Assembly (NCBI GenBank): GCA_047602405.1
Contig: JASGHJ010000002.1
Location: 928,001 to 992,000, forward strand
Source of the DNA: Anaeromyxobacteraceae bacterium
GTDB taxonomy: Bacteria > Myxococcota > Myxococcia > Myxococcales > Anaeromyxobacteraceae
Direction: 5' to 3'
Length of the DNA: 64,000 nt
Shown piece by piece: positions 41,311 through 51,164 of the stretch. Position numbers and translations under genes: made by a program. Numbering within the stretch: position 1 is the stretch's first letter; each line of letters starts with the position of its first letter. The notes below the pieces were generated by a model. That model had not been told where the DNA came from. It did not search any database and saw only the letters and a program-made list of their open reading frames with translations.

Positions 41311-42430
41311 ATGGCAGGCCCGACCACCGCACGCATCGAGGAGCTCTCGAACCGCCTGGAGTCGCTCCGGGGGGCGCTTTGACGTCGAGCGGAAGCGCAA
41401 CCGGGTCGCCGAGATCTCGCGGCTCTCGGAGGACCCCGGGTTCTGGGGCGACAACACGAAGGCCCAGGCGCTCCTGAAGGAGAAGGCCGGCCTCGAGGCG
41501 CTCGTCGGCGCCTGGGACAGGGTCCGGCGCGGGCTCGACGACGCGCAGGCGCTCCACGAGCTCGCCGAGGAGGCGGCCGACGAGGGCACCCGCGCCGAGG
41601 CCGCGGCGGCCGTCGACGGCGTGGCGAAGGACGTCGAGGGGCTCGAGTTCCAGCGGATGCTCTCCGGCCCGCACGACGAGGCCGGGGCCATCGTCGAGAT
41701 CAAGAGCGGCGCGGGCGGCGTCGAGGCGATGGACTGGGCCGCGATGCTCTACCGGATGTACGCGCGCTACTGCGAGCGGCGCGGCTGGGAGGTCGAGCCG
41801 GCGGACCTCGTCGCCGGCGAGGAGGCGGGCATCTCCTCCGCCTCGTTCATCGTGCGCGGCGACCACGCCTACGGCTGGCTCAAGGCGGAGAAGGGCGTGC
41901 ACCGGCTCGTGCGCATCAGCCCCTTCGACCAGAACGCGCGCCGGCAGACCTCGTTCGCGGCCGTCGACGTCACGCCCGAGATCGACGACGACATCGTCAT
42001 CGACATCAAGGAGGCCGACGTCCGCATCGACACCTACCGCTCCTCCGGCGCGGGCGGCCAGAAGGTCAACAAGACCGACTCCGCCGTCCGGATGACGCAC
42101 CTGCCGACCGGCATCGTGGTCGCGGTGCAGAACGAGCGCAGCCAGCAGAAGAACCGCAGCGTCGCCTGGAAGATCCTCCGCTCCCGCCTCTACGACCTCG
42201 AGGAGAAGAAGCGCGCCGCCCTGCGCGACGCCGCCGAGGCCCAGAAGAAGGACATCGACTTCGGCTCGCAGATCCGCAGCTACGTGCTGCAGCCCTACCA
42301 GATGGTGAAGGACCTCCGGACCGGCGTCGAGACCGGCAAGGTCGACGACGTGCTCGACGGCGACCTCGACGGCTTCATCCAGCCGTACCTCATGGGCGTC
42401 CGGCGCGCCGATCGCGTGGTGGACGAGTAA
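41311..42430 (+). CDS. prfB: peptide chain release factor 2 with programmed +1 frameshift
   Basis: CTT TGA C at 41377-41383 after a G-rich SD-like run; SPF and GGQ motifs. Confidence 0.97.
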
Positions 42431-42484
42431 GCTCGCGCGGTCCCCGGCAGCGCGGGCCCACCCCATCCCGAAGGAGGAGGTCGC

Positions 42485-42964
42485 ATGATCCGCGGCATTC
42501 ACGGCCTGTTCTACTCGACGGACCCGGACGCCACCCGGGCCTTCTTCCGCGACCGGGTGAAGCTGCCCGGGAGCGACATCGGCGAGGGGTGGTGGATCTT
42601 CGACCTCCCCGAGGGCGACCTCGGCGTGCACCCCACCGAGGACCCGGCCGAGGCCGGGACGCACGACGTCTCCTTCTACTGCGACGACATCCACGGCACG
42701 GTCGCCGAGCTCGAGGGGCGCGGCGTCCGCTTCACGAAGCCGGTCGAGGACCACGGCTACGGCCTCGTCACCTACTTCGAGGCGCCGGGCGGGATCACGG
42801 TGCAGCTCTACGAGCCGCGGTACGTGAAGGGCAGGGCGAGGCCCGCCCCGCGGGCCGGGCCCGCCCGTGGCGCCGCCCGGCGAGAGAAGGCGCCCTCGAG
42901 GCCGAGCCCGCGCGCGAAGCCGAAGGCGACGAGGAAGTCGAGGCCGCGCGGCCGCTCCCGGTGA
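42485..42964 (+). CDS. VOC/glyoxalase-family protein with basic tail
   Basis: AGGAGG RBS; RAFFRD, SFYCDDIHGTVAELEGRGV, DHGYG. Confidence 0.82.
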   Translation: MIRGIHGLFYSTDPDATRAFFRDRVKLPGSDIGEGWWIFDLPEGDLGVHPTEDPAEAGTHDVSFYCDDIHGTVAELEGRGVRFTKPVEDHGYGLVTYFEAPGGITVQLYEPRYVKGRARPAPRAGPARGAARREKAPSRPSPRAKPKATRKSRPRGRSR

Positions 42965-43045
42965 CCGCCCCGGTCGCCATCGTCACGGCCGCGAGCGCCG
43001 GCATCGGCGCCGCCTGCGCCCGGGAGCTCGCCCGGCGCGGCATCC
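42961..43045 (+). pseudogene. truncated short-chain dehydrogenase N-terminus
   Basis: VAIVTAASAGIGAACARELARRG Rossmann motif, after which similarity is lost. Confidence 0.7.
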
Positions 43046-43201
43046 GCGCGCCGTCGCGTGAAGGGCGCTCGCGGGGGTATTCACGTGGGGTATGGGTCAC
43101 CTCGACCCCGCGAACCCGTTCAACTCCCTCCAGCGGGAGCCTTTGAGACGGCGTATCGCCACGGGCGAAGCGAGCCCTCGACCGAGGCTGCACTCACCGT
43201 A

Positions 43202-44152
43202 TCACTCCGGTCCGACATCCGCCGCCGGAGCCCGAGCTGGAGCGGTGGGCCCGATCCCTGAAATTTCTCCGGCGATCGCCGGCTCCGGCACCTGGAGCGG
43301 GAGCGCCGCGGCCTGAGCGAGGGCGGAGGCGTGCTCGCGGAGCTCCGTCTCCGCCCTCATCCACGCCGAGGCGGGCACGCGACGGCCGCTCCGCATGAGG
43401 ATGAACAGCCGCGCGTGGTCGGCCTTCGGCCCACCCCACGGCATCCGCCTGCGCTCACGGCGAGCACGGTCGGCGAGGTCGTCCCGCCGGGTCCGGACCT
43501 CGAGCGCCTCGACGTCGTCGAGGGGCCGGGAACTCCCGAAGGTCCGCCGCACTCCGATGCGGCGCCTTCCAGGGTCGACCCAGGTCCACCACCCACGGCC
43601 GGGGGCGAGCAGGAAGAGGAGGAAGCCGACGCCGAGGATCGCGAAGAGGATGAAAGCGTCAAGGCCCGAGGGGAGCGTGATCGCGATTGGCGCCCCACGC
43701 GCGATCGCGGCCCGTAGGTCCGCGGCCCAGTCCCGGCACTCCTCGGGCGCTCCCGACGCGAGGACCACGTTGCCAGCACGCGTCACCGCGACGACGTACG
43801 TCCGCCGTCGCTCCTGCCGGACCTCGACGCGTTCGATGGACGACGTGGCAACGGAGCTCCTCACGCGGTCGCCTCGGGTTGTCGTGCACGCGCCCGCGGG
43901 TGGATCGCACGTCAGCGTGGCCGGCTGAGGGCGCACGAGCACGAGCACGAGCACGACGGGCACGGCGCTCACGATTCCCAAGCGTCGTAGGGTGATCCAC
44001 TCAGGGTAGGAGCGAAGCCCGACGCGCGCCTCGTCTCTCACGAGCTCGAGGGGCGCCGGAAGGCTCCACGACCGCAGCCTGCGCCCGAGACGGAGGCCGA
44101 AAGAAGCGCCCAGACCCTGCAGGACCGCGAGCAGCACGATCCCGCCCACCAC
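43202..44152 (-). CDS. hypothetical membrane protein with atypical codon usage
   Basis: About three hydrophobic segments; more A/T-ending codons than neighbours. Confidence 0.5.
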   Translation of the reverse strand: MVGGIVLLAVLQGLGASFGLRLGRRLRSWSLPAPLELVRDEARVGLRSYPEWITLRRLGIVSAVPVVLVLVLVRPQPATLTCDPPAGACTTTRGDRVRSSVATSSIERVEVRQERRRTYVVAVTRAGNVVLASGAPEECRDWAADLRAAIARGAPIAITLPSGLDAFILFAILGVGFLLFLLAPGRGWWTWVDPGRRRIGVRRTFGSSRPLDDVEALEVRTRRDDLADRARRERRRMPWGGPKADHARLFILMRSGRRVPASAWMRAETELREHASALAQAAALPLQVPEPAIAGEISGIGPTAPARAPAADVGPE

Positions 44153-44452
44153 CGCGAGCCCCGCCCAGTCGGTTCGCCTGCGCTGGGGGGCCGCGACAGG
44201 CCAGGCTCCCCAGCCCGAACGCCCGGTACCGATCCTACAGGAGGGCCTGCGGATCGTCCGGCAGGCTCGCCACCACGAGGAACGCGAGGTCTGGCCCGCC
44301 TCGCGTCCTCGCGTCGCGCGCGATGTTGCCGACCGCCTCGCCCGCGGAGGATTCCACCTGGCCGGTCTCGTCGACGACCCGCCACTCCTTCAGCGTCCAC
44401 GGAGGTTCACCCGCGTTCGCAGTGACCAGGAACGCGAGCGCGAGGCCGAGGC

Positions 44453-45322
44453 TCACTTCAGCCTCCCCTCGAAGAACCGCACCATCACCGGCACGCCCCA
44501 CTCCGACCGCGAGAGGCCGTGATCGTCCCCGGGCACCACCTCGAGCGTCACGTCGCCGCCCGCCTTCCGGACCGCCTCGGCGAGCGCGCGGGCCTGCGCG
44601 ACCGGCACCCGCTCGTCGGCCTCGCCGTGCAGGATCAGCAGCGGCACGCCGGCGAGCCGCCCGGGCCAGCGCAGCGCGGACCGCGCGGCCCACGCGGCCG
44701 GCGCCTCGCTCGGGCCGCCGCCGATCGCGGCGTGCAGGGGCGCGAGCAGCCCCGGGTTCGCGGCGGCGAGCGCCGGGAGGTCGGTCGCGGCGCCCACCGT
44801 GATCGCGGCCTTGAACCGCCGGGGCCCGCGCTCGCCGTCGGCCGCCAGCGCGGCGAGCGTCATCATCCCGCCCCGGTCGACGCCGAGCATGCCGATGCGG
44901 GAGGGATCGACCTCGGGCAGGGACTCGAGGAGCGGCACGAGCGCGAGCACGTCGCGGACGTCCGCGCCGCCGTACCCGTCGCGCCCCTCGCTGCCGCCGA
45001 CGCCCCGGTAGAACGACGCGACGGCGACGTAGCCGTTCTCGGCCCACTCCCACAGGTGATAGGGCTCCGCGTGGCCGACGCCGCCGACCCCGCCGCGGTT
45101 CACGACGAGCGCGGGGTGCTTGCCGGGCGTCCTCGGGAGGCCGAGGTAGCCCTTCACCTTGAGCCCGTCGCTCCAGTACACGACCGCGAGGTAGCGCCCG
45201 AAGGCGTCCTCGGAGTCGGGGATCAGCGACTCGATCTCGCCGTCGCGGTGCGGCGCGGGGGCCGGCGGGGCGGAGGCGCAGGCGAGGAGGGCGGCGCAGG
45301 CAGCGACGGCCACGGTCCTCAC
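44453..45322 (-). CDS. S9-like alpha/beta hydrolase lipoprotein with Asp at the nucleophile position
   Basis: Lipobox LLAC, SDGLKVKG, NRGG, GVDRGG, HGEADERV, GDDHG. Confidence 0.82.
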   Translation of the reverse strand: MRTVAVAACAALLACASAPPAPAPHRDGEIESLIPDSEDAFGRYLAVVYWSDGLKVKGYLGLPRTPGKHPALVVNRGGVGGVGHAEPYHLWEWAENGYVAVASFYRGVGGSEGRDGYGGADVRDVLALVPLLESLPEVDPSRIGMLGVDRGGMMTLAALAADGERGPRRFKAAITVGAATDLPALAAANPGLLAPLHAAIGGGPSEAPAAWAARSALRWPGRLAGVPLLILHGEADERVPVAQARALAEAVRKAGGDVTLEVVPGDDHGLSRSEWGVPVMVRFFEGRLK

Positions 45323-45337
45323 GGCCCACCTCCGCGA

Positions 45338-46333
45338 TCAGGGTCCGTACACGATCGGCTGCCGCGCGAGCACGAAGCGATCGATGGCGTCGATGGCCCA
45401 GCCCGGCAGGTTGTAGAGCTTCACGCCGCAGCCGGTGGGCTGGCGGCCGATGGTGGCGCTCTTCTCGCGCACGAAGGCGACCTCGCCCTCGAGGTCGATG
45501 CGGCGGCCGTCGGCGAGGCCGAGCCGCACCGCGAGGCGGGTGCCGACCGGCGGGGGCATGGCGGTCGCGATGAAGACGCCGCCGGAGTCGATGCGCCGGG
45601 AGACGCCCACGTAGAAGTTGTGCTCGGAGACGAGCGAGACGTTCACCTCGACCCGGGTCGGGAGCGGCCGCTGGCGCGGCTCGTCCACGAGCTCCTCGTC
45701 GATGAGCGCCATGAGGTCGACGCTCGAGGGCTGGGGCGGCGGCCGCCGCAGCGGACCCGAGGGGTCCCCGAGCGGCGGCGCGGGCGGCATGACCGGCGCC
45801 TGCATCGGCTGCTGGGGCACCGGGTACGGGGCGGCGCCGCCGAGCATGTCCGGGACCGGCGCGGGCGGGATCACCACCGTCGAGCGCGCGCCGGGCGGCC
45901 GGCCCACGGCGGGCATGGTCGCGGTCGGGCGCGGTGCGGGCTGCTGCGCGGCCGGCTGGGCGCGCTCGACGACGATCGTCGGGCGCGCCAGCACCTCGGC
46001 GCGGGCGAGCGCCCGCTCGGCGCCGGCGACGAGCGCGAGCGGCTCCACGACCTCGCGCGACGGCGCGACCATGATGACGCGCGTGCCGACCCGGGCAGAG
46101 TTCTGGGCGGTGGTGAGCGCCGGTCCCCAGCTGCCGTCCGGCGTCGCCGGCATGAGCAGCACGATGACGTGCGGCGCGATCACGCGGACGACCGACTCCA
46201 GCTCCGCCGGGCCCGGCAGGCAGAAGATTGCGTGACCCGCACGTTCGAGGTGCAGGTGCAGCGCGATGCTGACGTCGGCGTCCGAGCCCACCACCAGGAC
46301 ACGCGACGCCGGTGCGGCGCCGGCCTGGTTCAC
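45338..46333 (-). CDS. degenerate receiver + Pro-rich linker + myxobacterial TIGR02266/PilZ-like domain protein
   Basis: SEHNFYVG..IDSGGVFIAT..PPVGT..GEVAFVRE..GCGVK. Confidence 0.72.
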   Translation of the reverse strand: MNQAGAAPASRVLVVGSDADVSIALHLHLERAGHAIFCLPGPAELESVVRVIAPHVIVLLMPATPDGSWGPALTTAQNSARVGTRVIMVAPSREVVEPLALVAGAERALARAEVLARPTIVVERAQPAAQQPAPRPTATMPAVGRPPGARSTVVIPPAPVPDMLGGAAPYPVPQQPMQAPVMPPAPPLGDPSGPLRRPPPQPSSVDLMALIDEELVDEPRQRPLPTRVEVNVSLVSEHNFYVGVSRRIDSGGVFIATAMPPPVGTRLAVRLGLADGRRIDLEGEVAFVREKSATIGRQPTGCGVKLYNLPGWAIDAIDRFVLARQPIVYGP

Positions 46334-47442
46334 GCGGGACGGCCCCCCGTCTCCATCATGATCCGGCGCTCGAGGTCGGCGCGGAACGTGGCGTTCGCGA
46401 GCGCGGTGTCGAGGCTGATCTTCTTCGCCTCGTGCAGGCGGTAGAGGAACTGGTCGAAGGAGTGCATGCCGAGGTCGGCCCCGGCGGTCTCCATGTACTG
46501 CTTCAGCTCGGCGATCTTCGAGCCGTCGCGGATGAGCTCGCGGACGGTGCTCGTCGCGAGCAGCGCCTCGACCGCCGGGATGAGCCCGGTCGCGTCGGAG
46601 CGCATGAGGAGCCTGAGCGCGATGACCGCCTGCAGGTTGTCGGCGAGGCGGGCCCGCACGTTGTCCTGCTCCTCGGCCGGGAACAGGCCGACCAGGCGGC
46701 CGACCGCGCGGGGCACGTCGGGCGTGTGCAGGGAGGTGATGACGAGGTGGCCGGTCTCCGCCGCCTTCAGGCAGATGTCCGCCGCTTCCCGGTCGCGGAG
46801 CTCGCCGACCATGATGATGTCGGGGTCCTGGCGGAGGGCCGCGCGCAGGGCGTCGGTGTAGCTCGCGGTGTCGGTGCCGACCTCGCGCTGGATGACGAGC
46901 CCCTTGCCGCCCGCGAAGATGAACTCGATCGGATCCTCGACGGTGACGACGTGCAGCCGCTCCTGCTGGATGACGTGGTTGATGAGGGTGGCGATGGTGG
47001 TCGACTTCCCGTTGCCGGTCGCGCCGGTGACGATGACGAGCCCGCGGCGGGCCTCGGCGATGGTCTGGATGACCGACGGGAGGTTCAGGGTGTCGAAGTC
47101 CGGGATCTGGAAGGGAATGGTCCGCATGACCGCGCCCCAGCTGCCCCGCTGCTTGAAGATGGAGGCGCGGAAGCGCGAGACGCCGGGGATGCTGTAGCTG
47201 CGGTCCACCTCGCGGAAGTCGAGCGGCGTGAAGCCGGCGCCGGGGGACTGGAGGACGAAGTTCGCGATCGCCTCGGTGTCGGCGTGCGAGAGCGGCGGGT
47301 ACTTCGCCGCGAGCAGCTCCCCGAACACCCGGTAGGTCGGCGGGTAGCCGACCTCGAAGTGCACGTCGCTCGCCTGGCGCTTCACGGCGAGCTGCAGGAA
47401 CGACTGGAACATCTCCTCGGAGAGGGGACCCTGACCTTCCAT
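46330..47442 (-). CDS. pilT: PilT/PilU-family type IV pilus ATPase
   Basis: ASDVH, GATGNGKST, TVEDPIEF, ALRQDPD, AAETGHLV. Confidence 0.92.
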   Translation of the reverse strand: MEGQGPLSEEMFQSFLQLAVKRQASDVHFEVGYPPTYRVFGELLAAKYPPLSHADTEAIANFVLQSPGAGFTPLDFREVDRSYSIPGVSRFRASIFKQRGSWGAVMRTIPFQIPDFDTLNLPSVIQTIAEARRGLVIVTGATGNGKSTTIATLINHVIQQERLHVVTVEDPIEFIFAGGKGLVIQREVGTDTASYTDALRAALRQDPDIIMVGELRDREAADICLKAAETGHLVITSLHTPDVPRAVGRLVGLFPAEEQDNVRARLADNLQAVIALRLLMRSDATGLIPAVEALLATSTVRELIRDGSKIAELKQYMETAGADLGMHSFDQFLYRLHEAKKISLDTALANATFRADLERRIMMETGGRPA

Positions 47443-47585
47443 GGTCCGCGAGTCTACCCTGCGCCCGCCCGGCCGGCCACGCGGCGCCCGCGTCCGCTTG
47501 CCCACAAGGTGGGCGGGGATATCGCCCCGCCGGCCGCCGGGCGAGCGTCCGTCGCGCGTCCCGGGGACGGGACCTACCTTTGGAC

Positions 47586-48632
47586 GTGCGGATCGCGCTC
47601 GTCTCGACGCCCTTCGTGCCCGTGCCTCCCCCCGGCTACGGCGGGACGGAGCTCGTGGTGGCGGCCCTGCACCGGGCGCTCCGCGACGCGGGCCACGAGG
47701 TCGTGCTGTTCGCGACCGGCGACTCCCGGGCGCCCGGGCTGTGCTGGGCCTTCGAGAAGGCGATTCGGCCGCCGGAGCCCTGGGCCGAGGTGGTGCACTG
47801 CCGGCGCGCCGCGGAGCTCGCGTCGGCGGGCGGCTTCGACCTCGTCCACGCGCACGCGCCCGCGATGGCCGCGTTCGCCGACCGGCTGCCGTGCCCGCTC
47901 GTCCTCACGCTGCACCACGCGGCGGATCGCGCGCTCGAGCGGCTCTACGCCGACGCGCCGGGCGCGACGCTGGTCGCCATCTCCGAGCGCCAGGCCGAGC
48001 TCGTCGGCGTGCGGGTGGGCGCGGTGGTCCACCACGGGCTCGACCTCTCGCTGTACGGCCCCGCGGGTCAGGGCGGCGACGAGGCCTTCTTCCTCGGGCG
48101 GCTCTCGTGGGCGAAGGGGCCCGACCTCGCGGTCGCCGCCGCGCGGCGGGCGCGGCTCCCGATCGTCCTCGCGGGGAAGGTCCACCCCGAGGACGAGGCG
48201 CCGGCGGGCTGGCTCGAGCGGGCGCTCCTCCCCGCGCTCCGGGCGCCGCACGTGCGGGCCGCGGGCGTCGCGGACCTCGCCGTGAAGCGGCGCGCGTTCG
48301 GGCGCGCGCGGGCCCTCCTCGCGCCGCTGCGCTGGGAGGAGCCGTTCGGGCTCATGCTGATCGAGGCCGGCCTCGCCGGGTGCCCGGTCATCGCGTACCC
48401 GCGCGGCGCCGCCCCCGAGATCGTGGAGGACGGCGTCACCGGCTTCCTCGTCGAGGACGTCGCGTCGATGGCGCTCGCGCTGCGCTGGGCGGCGAAGCTG
48501 GATTGCCGGCACATCCAGGCCCGCGCGCGCGAGCGCTTCTCGGCGGCGCGGATGGCGCGGGACTACCTCGAGGTCTACCGGGCCGCCACCCGCGGCCGCG
48601 CGGAGACGGGATGGACCACGGTCACGCCCTGA
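47586..48632 (+). CDS. glycosyltransferase family 4
   Basis: VPPPGYGGTE, GRL..KG, WEEPFGLMLIEA. Confidence 0.92.
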   Translation: MRIALVSTPFVPVPPPGYGGTELVVAALHRALRDAGHEVVLFATGDSRAPGLCWAFEKAIRPPEPWAEVVHCRRAAELASAGGFDLVHAHAPAMAAFADRLPCPLVLTLHHAADRALERLYADAPGATLVAISERQAELVGVRVGAVVHHGLDLSLYGPAGQGGDEAFFLGRLSWAKGPDLAVAAARRARLPIVLAGKVHPEDEAPAGWLERALLPALRAPHVRAAGVADLAVKRRAFGRARALLAPLRWEEPFGLMLIEAGLAGCPVIAYPRGAAPEIVEDGVTGFLVEDVASMALALRWAAKLDCRHIQARARERFSAARMARDYLEVYRAATRGRAETGWTTVTP

Positions 48633-50869
48633 TCGAGCCGGCCGAGGCGCTCCTCGGCTACGCCGACCCGTCCTCGCAGCCCGAGGCGACCGGCGTGGAT
48701 CGCATCGTGCTGAAGCGCGGGAACCTGTTCCTGGTCGCGAACCGCCTCGGCGACCTCGCGCCGGCCGGAGCGCGCGACCTCGGGCTGTTCCTCTCCGACA
48801 CCCGCCACCTCTCGGCCTGGAAGCTCGAGGTCGAGGGCGGCCCGCCGCTCTGCCTGTCGTCGCAGGTCTCGCCCGAGTACGTCGCCCAGGTGGACCTCAC
48901 GCTCACGAGCCTCCACGCGGGCGATCTCCTCGGCCGGGAGCCGGTGAACTTCGTGCACCTGCGGCGCGACCAGCTCATCGACGACGTCTTCCTCGATTGC
49001 TTCGCGCTCCGGAACTTCCTCTCCCGCCCGGTGGACCTCTGGCTGGAGGTCTCCTGGGCCGCCGACTTCGCCGACGTGTTCGAGATCCGCGGCGCCCGGC
49101 GCGCCCGGCGCGGCGCCCTGCACCGGCCCCTCGTGGAGGGGACCCGCGCCGTGCTGCGCTACGACGGGCTCGACGGCCGACGCTACGCCACCGAGATTGA
49201 CGTCCACGGCGCGAGCCCCGACGGCGGCCCGGCCCGGCTCACCCGCATCGGCGGCGGCGGGGCGCGGATCGAGTTCCACCTCGCCCCGGCGGAGCGGGTG
49301 GAGGTCGCGTTCTCGGTGGCCGCCGGCGTCGAGCGCCCCGCACCCGGGGCGCGGCGCGGTCCCGACGAGGACCGGCCGCTCGCGCGCGGGCCCCGCCGCG
49401 GCTTCGACGCCCTCGCGCGCGAGACCGCCGATGCCCACGCGGCGTGGGCGTCCTCCTGCACGCGCTTCGACGCGGCGCCGGAGGGCTTCGCGACGGCGCT
49501 GCGCCAGGCGGTCGCCGACCTGAAGGCCCTCACCGTCTTCCACTTCGGCGAGCCGGTCGTCTCGGCCGGCATCCCCTGGTACACGTGCCCGTTCGGACGG
49601 GACGCGCTCCTCACCGGCTACGAGGCGCTCCTCGCCACGCCCGACGTCGCCCGCGACGCGCTCCGGTTCCTCGCGCGACAGCAGGGCACGCGCGACGATC
49701 CGGCGCGCGACGAGGAGCCCGGGAAGATCCCGCACGAGCTGCGCTTCGGCGAGATGGCGGGCGCGGGCGAGATCCCGCACGCGCCGTACTACGGCTCGGC
49801 CGACGCCACGCCGCTCTTCCTCGTGCTCCTCCACGAGTACCTGCTCTGGACCGGCGACGCCGCGACGGTGGACGCGCTCTTCCCCGCCGCGGAGCGGGCG
49901 CTCGCGTGGCTCGACCGGTACGCCGATCTCGACGGCGACGGCCTCATGGAGTACGCGCGCCGGACCCCCTCGGGCCTGCGCAACCAGGGCTGGAAGGACA
50001 GCCACGACGGCGTGCCGTTCGCCGACGGCGTGTCCGCGGAGCCGCCCATCGCGCTCGTCGAGGTGCAGGGCTACGCGGTGGACGCCCGCCGGCGGATGGC
50101 GGCCCTGCTCCGGCAGCGCGGCCGGACGGCCGAGGCCGACCTCACGCTGGCGCGCGCCGAGGCCCAGGCGCAGGCGATCGAGGCCCGCCTCTGGATGGAG
50201 CAGCGCGGCACCTACGCGATCGCGCTCGACCGCGACAAGCGCCAGGTCGACGCCGTGACCTCGAACCCCGGGCACCTGCTCTTCTCGCGGGTGCCGGGCG
50301 CCGAGCGCGCCGCGCGGGTGGCGGCCTCGCTCCTCGGGCCCGGGATGTGGAGCGGGTGGGGGATCCGCACGCTCGCCGCCGGGCAGCGCGCGTTCAACCC
50401 GCTCAGCTACCACGACGGCACGGTCTGGCCGCACGACAACGCGATCGCCGCCATGGGCCTCGCGAGCTACGGCCGGACCCTCGACGCGGGCACCATCGCG
50501 ACCGGGCTGTGGGACGCTGCGCGGCACTTCCGCCTGCTCCGGCTGCCCGAGCTCTTCTGCGGGCTGTCGCGCGAGGAGGGGCGCTTCCCGGTGCACTACC
50601 CGGTCGCCTGCTCGCCGCAGGCCTGGTCGAGCGCGGCGTGGTTCCTCCTCGCCCGCGCGTTCCTCGGGCTCTTCCCGGACGCGCCCGCGGGCGTGCTCCG
50701 GGTCGCCGAGCCGCGGCTGCCGCCGTGGCTCGACCACCTCACCCTGGCCGGGCTCCGGGTGGGTCAGGCGCGCGCCACCCTCCGGTTCGAGCGGCGGTCC
50801 CGCGGCGTGACCTCGGCGGAGGTGGTGGAGCTCGAGGGCGGGCCGCTCCGGGTGCGGATCGAGGTCTGA
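48611..50869 (+). CDS. amylo-alpha-1,6-glucosidase / glycogen-debranching family protein
   Basis: DTRHLS, AGIPWY..FGRD, EEPGKIPHE, NQGWKDS, YHDGTVWPHDN, ACSPQAWS. Confidence 0.92.
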   Translation: MDHGHALIEPAEALLGYADPSSQPEATGVDRIVLKRGNLFLVANRLGDLAPAGARDLGLFLSDTRHLSAWKLEVEGGPPLCLSSQVSPEYVAQVDLTLTSLHAGDLLGREPVNFVHLRRDQLIDDVFLDCFALRNFLSRPVDLWLEVSWAADFADVFEIRGARRARRGALHRPLVEGTRAVLRYDGLDGRRYATEIDVHGASPDGGPARLTRIGGGGARIEFHLAPAERVEVAFSVAAGVERPAPGARRGPDEDRPLARGPRRGFDALARETADAHAAWASSCTRFDAAPEGFATALRQAVADLKALTVFHFGEPVVSAGIPWYTCPFGRDALLTGYEALLATPDVARDALRFLARQQGTRDDPARDEEPGKIPHELRFGEMAGAGEIPHAPYYGSADATPLFLVLLHEYLLWTGDAATVDALFPAAERALAWLDRYADLDGDGLMEYARRTPSGLRNQGWKDSHDGVPFADGVSAEPPIALVEVQGYAVDARRRMAALLRQRGRTAEADLTLARAEAQAQAIEARLWMEQRGTYAIALDRDKRQVDAVTSNPGHLLFSRVPGAERAARVAASLLGPGMWSGWGIRTLAAGQRAFNPLSYHDGTVWPHDNAIAAMGLASYGRTLDAGTIATGLWDAARHFRLLRLPELFCGLSREEGRFPVHYPVACSPQAWSSAAWFLLARAFLGLFPDAPAGVLRVAEPRLPPWLDHLTLAGLRVGQARATLRFERRSRGVTSAEVVELEGGPLRVRIEV

Positions 50870-50900
50870 GCCCGTACCTGCTCCGCTTCGCTTCGCAGGG

Positions 50901-50937
50901 AAAAAAAGCGAAAGGCCGCGGCGAGTGCACGCGGCCT
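50901..50937 (-). terminator. intrinsic terminator, minus strand
   Basis: AGGCCGCG/CGCGGCCT stem followed on the minus strand by TTCGCTTTTTTT. Confidence 0.8.
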
Positions 50938-51138
50938 CTCTAGCTCTTGGGACGCTCTCGCGTCTGCTGCTTTACTCTCCGCAGACCGCCGACATCCGTG
51001 ACGGTTTCTGCAGTGGTGGGAGTCGAGCGACCGGCCTCATCTCGACTTGGACGTACTACGGGAGGTGGCCCTGCGGTTCGAGCGCTTTGGTAGGTGCTTC
51101 GTCTGCAGGGTCCTGGTCCGGCCTCCGGCGGGACTCGG
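50901..51138 (-). ncRNA. candidate structured small RNA, about 240 nt
   Basis: Bounded by a sigma54-like promoter and a terminator; four or more consecutive hairpins; no convincing ORF. Confidence 0.5.
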
Positions 51139-51148
51139 AGACACTCAT

Positions 51149-51164
51149 TTCAAGTGGCGTGCCG
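51149..51164 (-). promoter_or_regulatory. sigma54-like promoter
   Basis: Minus strand CGGCACGCCACTTGAA versus consensus TGGCACG-N4-TTGC. Confidence 0.6.
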
